Source: a virus
Lineage: Duplodnaviria; Caudoviricetes
Direction: 5' to 3' (one strand)
Length of the DNA stretch: 31,497 nt
IMG/VR virus record: IMGVR_UViG_3300026543_000083
Location: 1 to 31,497 of that record
Shown: positions 27,101-31,497 of the stretch, piece by piece
Position numbering within the stretch: the stretch's first letter is position 1
How the letters are laid out: each line of letters begins with the position of its first letter
Notes under the pieces: model-generated
What the model saw: only the letters and a program-made list of their open reading frames with translations
Told to the model about the DNA's origin: nothing
Database searches by the model: none
Position numbers and translations under genes: made by a program

Positions 27101-28960
27101 GTTACATCTAACATAACAACTGGAAACATAACAACTGTAAATGCAACTACAATTAATGCAACTGGTATAATTACAGCAAATGATGACATCATTTCAAAAA
27201 CCATTGGATCATCCGCAATAATTACAATGGAAAGAGATGAACAAATTGTGGGTACATTAGGTCAACTTAATTTTGAAGGACAAAATGATAACTCAGACAT
27301 TGAAAGATTTGCAAGCATCATAGGAAAATCAGAAGTGATTACAGCAGGATTAGAAGAAGGATTTCAACAATTACGTGTTTTGCATTTAGGCAATAACACC
27401 AACATGATTGAATTAAATGAAGGTGGTTCTGGTGAAACCAAAATTACTGTCCCTTTGGATATGGATGGTCAGGAAATCAAGAATGCAATTCTTGAAAATG
27501 CGTCTGCTAATTACACCTATGTAAAAACAGAAGAAGATTTTGGAGTTATACCTACAGCAAGTATAAGTGCCTTTGGGGATGCAGGGTCAGGGGTAATCAA
27601 TGTTTCATCTGTAGGACATGGATTAATTACAGGAAATAGAGTCACAATATCTGGTACTACATCATACAATGGAGACCATGATATTATACGAGTAAATGCA
27701 AATTTATTTACCATTGTTGATACATTTGTAGCCACTGAGACAGGAACATTTGCAGCACTAAAAAGACAAACTCACACAGTAGGCAATGAAAATATAATGT
27801 TTTTTATACTTGCTGACATCACTTTGAATAATCCACTTCTGTTCACTCCTACAAACTCAGAGGATGTTATGGTTGTATTACACACTGATGAAAATGAATT
27901 CAATTCTATCACAGTAGCATATACAGACACAGCATTAGGTTCCCCATATCAAGGAAAGGGTATCTTTGCATTTTCAAGAAAGAATATCAGAACTATTGGG
28001 AATGCTACATTATCAGCAGCAAACATAAGATCTTTGGATATGGAATTCACAAGTGTGGCATTCGAATTCTCAATATTTGTAGATGATACAGCAGTAGACT
28101 TGGAACTTGCTGGAATTGAGATTAAAGATGCACAACTTGTGACGTTAAAAAATTCTGGTTTCTATGGTTGTGTTGGAATAGGTCATAAATTTACAAATGT
28201 TGCAATGCTTGATATTCTAGATTGTGCATTTGGTACTGATTCAGGTATTACTACTTCCATGATAGAGATAGTTGATACAGTAAGACCTACTTCAACAAGA
28301 TTTAGAAGTTTAGATATGGGCATTTTGTTTTTGTCTGGAAAATCTGCGTTTGACATATCAAGTAGTTTAGATTCAAATTCTAGAGTATCTGTGACTAACT
28401 GTTCAATTCCAGCAATAGCAGACTTGTTTAACAGTGGTGGATTGGATGAGACAGATGTTAGAGTACTGGCACAAGACAACATAGGCCATAAATCCTCTCT
28501 AGTTGCAGGTGGATGGAAAGTGGCAGGTAACACTACTGCCACAACTATCGCTACAGTTGGAACGTATGTAGACTTTGACTTTACCAGTTCCAATGCCTCT
28601 GCTCTATCATTCAATGAAAGTTTGATATTGAATAATGCTACAAATGGTGAGATTAAACACACAGGCAAAGAGCCAAAAGTCCTACATGTACCATTACAGG
28701 GATTTTACACCACTACAGCAGCAGTCTCAAAAACATACAAAATTAAACTACAGATAGATACTGGAAGTGGATATGCTGATACTACTGACAACATTGAAAC
28801 CCCCTTTGATATTTCTGCAACTGGTTCAAATATCAGAATTGCACATAATGTATTCGTAAACGAAGGCGATTTAGTGAAATGGCAGATAACACAGGTAAGT
28901 GCAGGTGCTATATTCAGCCCAACATTTGAGGATGGAGCTAATGAAATACCTAACACCTGA
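24155..28960 (+). CDS. Large multidomain fibre/adhesin (1601 aa)
   Basis: LVIVD-like propeller repeats (VFIVDITNPLAP, GLRIYDIVD), DAATKNYVD/DATTKVYVD trimer-stalk motifs, four beta-domain repeats, HGLITGNRVTISGT domain, beta-helix-like and jelly-roll-like C-terminus. Confidence 0.8.
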   Translation: MSNRKWTGEPTKANPISGDKILILDSEDNNNNKLAEFGNLSTALPNWSTIVAIQNVNFGGVNLIDINQLRIKNQGTGIDSLISSDDPLEVLTVSGTLDANSLRSSGNIIGFATDALQTGRVTDVVAFADAINVHTIEDLAYVPSPTNNSITSLRVLGVDNPTILNVYKNDIDFLGATSVVFNADKLFITTATEIIVTNLFSVSDPVIFGRSGPIGNVMSDIIIKGKYAYVVPHDTDEFKVLSISDSFNLTVIATLPLTRNVTQMYENGSFIYMTSNIGGGVFIVDITNPLAPVLVNDFTDVTTLPVTYGISIAGNHMFVSTHEGLRIYDIVDKQNISEVGSVIDNLVHTDLVASDNHIYLSNLVKTVDVTDFTSPTVVGSTSFVETGLYLFGKSLYAVGNGNFSEYDITGAQMPAASIGSLHCAFIDVTGTMAVTGSADFHDSIHVGAGGIHTDGALTASNICMHNNNRIEWDNVAVDDKFGWTVNANDTMVTDASILNISPNPVATPTLRMLVDAQLPNNSPIGLIEARTLSSLGGEKQFARIQFFLEDSTNATANGSIFFTALHDNSTIDYIKINDGSNDLVKIRRILDMEFHKIINVTDPTASGDAATKNYVDTEIGAIIHPDNSDWATFIASQDVDIDGNTITNIGNDKFLEWNSSLGIKINTGNDLETNAQDFIMSQLGGTPKFFFKRLKALSPGNVIGNFRMAAHNSVGAEINYTQMRFRMEDDTNGSEHGSYDFNLLLNGLPTDALQINPDKEGTVKLGLPLDANTNFIINLKDPVNTKDATTKVYVDNLDTANSAADQLYADTQDDSHSLADRAYTDSQDSLLDPLWASHVASQDVDLDNNRLLNVTSISGVSDELQVIAKDFKINKTGTSQQMFFQRDEIMSNNQTIGIIRAESQDAGGTLRPFARIRLRMMDSTTGADHGSIEFNTRFNGGNKDWIYINDLGDGLIRMKEDTHFEDNDITNVNSLGVTTVNSVTSNITTGNITTVNATTINATGIITANDDIISKTIGSSAIITMERDEQIVGTLGQLNFEGQNDNSDIERFASIIGKSEVITAGLEEGFQQLRVLHLGNNTNMIELNEGGSGETKITVPLDMDGQEIKNAILENASANYTYVKTEEDFGVIPTASISAFGDAGSGVINVSSVGHGLITGNRVTISGTTSYNGDHDIIRVNANLFTIVDTFVATETGTFAALKRQTHTVGNENIMFFILADITLNNPLLFTPTNSEDVMVVLHTDENEFNSITVAYTDTALGSPYQGKGIFAFSRKNIRTIGNATLSAANIRSLDMEFTSVAFEFSIFVDDTAVDLELAGIEIKDAQLVTLKNSGFYGCVGIGHKFTNVAMLDILDCAFGTDSGITTSMIEIVDTVRPTSTRFRSLDMGILFLSGKSAFDISSSLDSNSRVSVTNCSIPAIADLFNSGGLDETDVRVLAQDNIGHKSSLVAGGWKVAGNTTATTIATVGTYVDFDFTSSNASALSFNESLILNNATNGEIKHTGKEPKVLHVPLQGFYTTTAAVSKTYKIKLQIDTGSGYADTTDNIETPFDISATGSNIRIAHNVFVNEGDLVKWQITQVSAGAIFSPTFEDGANEIPNT

Positions 28961-29047
28961 TACTATGTAATGATGATTATCACCTAGCAAAAGAAAAATT
29001 AATAAGAAAATAAATATCATTATTTCAAATAACAATCTGAATTATTT

Positions 29048-29953
29048 ATGGTAAGCAGCAAACAAGAATCATGTGTTCAAAATATTCTATCTAAAAAATT
29101 ATCTCCTGGACAAACTGCATCAAAGCAAGATTTAGCAATTACATTTTCTGAATGCAGAGACAAACAAGCTTCAATGTCTTTACAAAATTTAAAACTAAAA
29201 CTTGCATCAGCAAAAATATCTAACATACTAAGACATCCTTATCTTACTGCATCACTAAACACTGAATTTGTTCCAGATCCTATAAAGCAAGCAGAAGGAA
29301 ACTATGCAAGTTATTTTTTGTTACAAGGCGATACAATTAATGGACGAGAATGGGGAGTCACATCTGAATCAATTCCTGCAAACATTCAAACTTTCATTGG
29401 TAGACCACTAGTAGCTACGGGTAATAAATTCGTCAAGGATTCACCGTATGGAGTACAGTATCTACACCCAAGCATTACGCATTTCATGCAAAAATCACCG
29501 GAATTAGTAGCTGGGCTAAACCCAATGAACATGAATGATATTTTACAATTCCAAGACAAATTTAAAATCGGAACCATTAGCGATGTATTTTTTGATGGAA
29601 CAAAAAATGTATGGAATAGTGTAGTGCGATTAGCCGACGGTGTTGAAGCAAGTGATCTTCCTCCATTTTGTTCTCCTGCATTGTACCAGCTTGACATGAC
29701 AGAACGTGAAGGCAGTCTAACTAAATGGACCGGACTACATTTGGCAGCTCTTGACATAAGACCAGCTTACGGAAGCATTGCTTTACTTAATGGAACATGT
29801 CATGGAACTACAAGTACATGCACAACACAGTTTGCAGGAAATCAAAATATGTTAACATCAGATATTATAAAAATTGCAGCTCAGTTATCTACACAAAACA
29901 GAAACGTAGACAAAGTTATTATTGCAAAAAAGAAAAACAAAAAAAGTTATTAA
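29048..29953 (+). CDS. Putative prohead maturation protease
   Basis: INGREWGV..FIGRPL..HP...FCSPAL...GLHLAALDIRPAYG resembles HK97/assemblin-clan proteases; position before the scaffold. Confidence 0.7.
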   Translation: MVSSKQESCVQNILSKKLSPGQTASKQDLAITFSECRDKQASMSLQNLKLKLASAKISNILRHPYLTASLNTEFVPDPIKQAEGNYASYFLLQGDTINGREWGVTSESIPANIQTFIGRPLVATGNKFVKDSPYGVQYLHPSITHFMQKSPELVAGLNPMNMNDILQFQDKFKIGTISDVFFDGTKNVWNSVVRLADGVEASDLPPFCSPALYQLDMTEREGSLTKWTGLHLAALDIRPAYGSIALLNGTCHGTTSTCTTQFAGNQNMLTSDIIKIAAQLSTQNRNVDKVIIAKKKNKKSY

Positions 29954-29996
29954 GAAAAACAATGAGCTTATATCTTAAAATCCGATAGATTCAATC

Positions 29997-30614
29997 GTGA
30001 GAACAAAAACACAAATTTTGAAAACAGCATCTACACTAAAAGAATTTTCAACTAAAATTAAATCTGCTCAAATTGGTGAGACATTAACTCCTGAAACTGT
30101 ACAAGAGATTGCACAAGAAATAATGGAAGTTGCATCAGTTGCAGCAGAACTTGCAAACGAAATTTCAGAAGGTGTTCCAGCAGAAGAAGAGTCTCGAGAT
30201 GCATTAGGTGATAGAGGAGAACAAGAAGGACCTGAACAAATCGAAGTTGCAGCAGACGAAACAGACGATGAAAAGAAAAAGAGAATGCAAAAAGAAGCAC
30301 AAGATAAAGACAAAGATGAAGATAAACAAAAAATTAAAAATTTAGAGGCAAGTTTACAAAAAATGCAAAGAGAAACAAAACTTGCAAAACTAGCACCAAA
30401 GTATGCTAGCCTATTTCCACAATCAATGCATGAAACTAAAATGAATGAAATTATTAATTCAAAACAATCTCTACAAATTGTAGAGGCAAAAATCCAAGAA
30501 GCCAGTGATATTATCAGCAATAAAACAATGGTAAAGATTGCATCAATGACTGATTCAATCTATGACTTAGATACAACAGAAGGAGGCGAGATTGATATCT
30601 CGGGTACAATTTAG
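29997..30614 (+). CDS. Putative scaffolding protein
   Basis: Highly charged, helical/coiled-coil; between protease and capsid genes. Confidence 0.7.
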   Translation: MRTKTQILKTASTLKEFSTKIKSAQIGETLTPETVQEIAQEIMEVASVAAELANEISEGVPAEEESRDALGDRGEQEGPEQIEVAADETDDEKKKRMQKEAQDKDKDEDKQKIKNLEASLQKMQRETKLAKLAPKYASLFPQSMHETKMNEIINSKQSLQIVEAKIQEASDIISNKTMVKIASMTDSIYDLDTTEGGEIDISGTI

Positions 30615-30616
30615 AT

Positions 30617-31177
30617 ATGTCTACTCAATTCCCAACTGGTCCAACCAGGCAAGTACAGGCAGGAGATACACCTGATCTTAATGATGGATTACTATCAAGA
30701 ACAATAGTAGCATCCCTAAACCTTGCAAGAGGAAATGCATGTCTTTTAGTAAATGGAGAGATTGTACTCTCAACTCTTGCTTTAATGGCTGCAGGCCATG
30801 CACCATTTGTACCAATTGAATCAGTGGATAATACTGGTGATGGATTGGAAGCATCTGGAGTTGAAGCCCCACAAAGAGTAGCCTTATTGCTTGAAGCATC
30901 TTCAGCAGCATTAGATCCTGGTGAGTTTGTAAAACCATCAAACAATGCAGATGGAACAGTAGAGAAATGGGTCCCAACAACTGATGCTCATTTTGAAAAA
31001 TATGCAAAATATCTCGGTAAAGAAGCAGCATTATTGGATAGAGACACATCAACACCATTTGATGAAACACTAACTGTCGGTATTGTTCCAGATCAAACAT
31101 TAACTCCAACTGCAACAGCAGCTGACAATGTTGGATGGTTCCAACTAATGGAAGCCGGAGGAGGAGCAGCAACATAA
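30617..31177 (+). CDS. Putative capsid decoration/cement protein
   Basis: Beta-tulip-like pattern (LARGNACLL..ALDPGEFVKPS..GTV); position before the capsid gene. Confidence 0.55.
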   Translation: MSTQFPTGPTRQVQAGDTPDLNDGLLSRTIVASLNLARGNACLLVNGEIVLSTLALMAAGHAPFVPIESVDNTGDGLEASGVEAPQRVALLLEASSAALDPGEFVKPSNNADGTVEKWVPTTDAHFEKYAKYLGKEAALLDRDTSTPFDETLTVGIVPDQTLTPTATAADNVGWFQLMEAGGGAAT

Positions 31178-31179
31178 TC

Positions 31180-31497
31180 ATGACTAACATAATCGAATCA
31201 AAACTCAGAAGAAGTTCAACTGAACAAATCTGGTTAAACCCCGTAGACAACCAAGTGTGGTCTACAGTATTCCAGCCAGAACATGGCTTTACAAACGAAG
31301 TCGGAGCATACAAAATCTATGATCCAGCAGTTGCATCTCATAACAGAGGTGTAATAGAGAAAGCATCAATTGATGGCTCCCTAACACAAAACTTGGTGGA
31401 TGGTTTGTCAAGTCCATACCATGACTCAACTCTAAGAGAGGCCTCAATGCATTATGATTCACTAATCAAAAACAGCAGAGTAAAAGAAGCAGCAATG
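31180..31497 (+). CDS. 5' part of a probable major capsid protein (truncated by window end); not in the ORF track
   Basis: GGAGG then ATG 31180, open for 106 codons (MTNIIESKLRRSSTEQIWLNP...VKEAAM). Identity is from position only. Confidence 0.55.
   Translation, partial: MTNIIESKLRRSSTEQIWLNPVDNQVWSTVFQPEHGFTNEVGAYKIYDPAVASHNRGVIEKASIDGSLTQNLVDGLSSPYHDSTLREASMHYDSLIKNSRVKEAAM

Larger units (their letters stand above)
1..31497. mobile_element. Segment of a tailed (HK97-type) virus or provirus genome, probably archaeal (Nitrososphaeria-like host)
   Basis: Tyrosine recombinase, switch, early operon, terminase, portal, MuF, protease and scaffold in the usual order. No host housekeeping genes seen. 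Host assignment is inference. Confidence 0.9.

Noticed and set aside
13006-29957. AT-rich repeats as a CRISPR array
   Set aside because: Copies are short, dispersed over kilobases and tied to gene starts, with no repeat-spacer periodicity.
24088-31313. Minus-strand ORFs inside the fibre, protease, scaffold and decoration genes (e.g. 28183-28668, 30068-30520, 30678-31313)
   Set aside because: They are antisense shadows of well-supported plus-strand genes, with no motifs of their own.

Overview
The whole window looks like part of an AT-rich, probably temperate head-tail virus or provirus (Caudoviricetes-type). An archaeal, Nitrososphaeria-like host is inferred from the many ribbon-helix-helix (RHH) and Zn-finger microproteins, TATA-like promoters and GGTGA/GGAG ribosome-binding sites. 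From left to right: accessory genes; a tyrosine recombinase and a divergent RHH/RHH switch with CATG-core operators; a long translationally coupled early operon (SWIM protein, Rad52/Sak-like annealase, wHTH/RHH proteins, DNA methyltransferase, PD-(D/E)xK nuclease); a neck and fibre module; a ParB-methyltransferase; a packaging module; then portal, mini-MuF, a probable head-spike module with a 1601-aa fibre, prohead protease, scaffold, decoration protein and the start of a probable major capsid gene. The most unusual feature is the large terminase, split into a stand-alone ATPase (probable CTG start), an intact RNase H-like nuclease and a second, degenerate nuclease paralogue. Also notable are a TTAWTAAGAAA motif 49-55 nt upstream of late genes, triple-repeat peptides beside both fibre genes, and recurring x-x-A-S sites in the head maturation proteins. 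All calls come from motif reading by eye; no searches were run.
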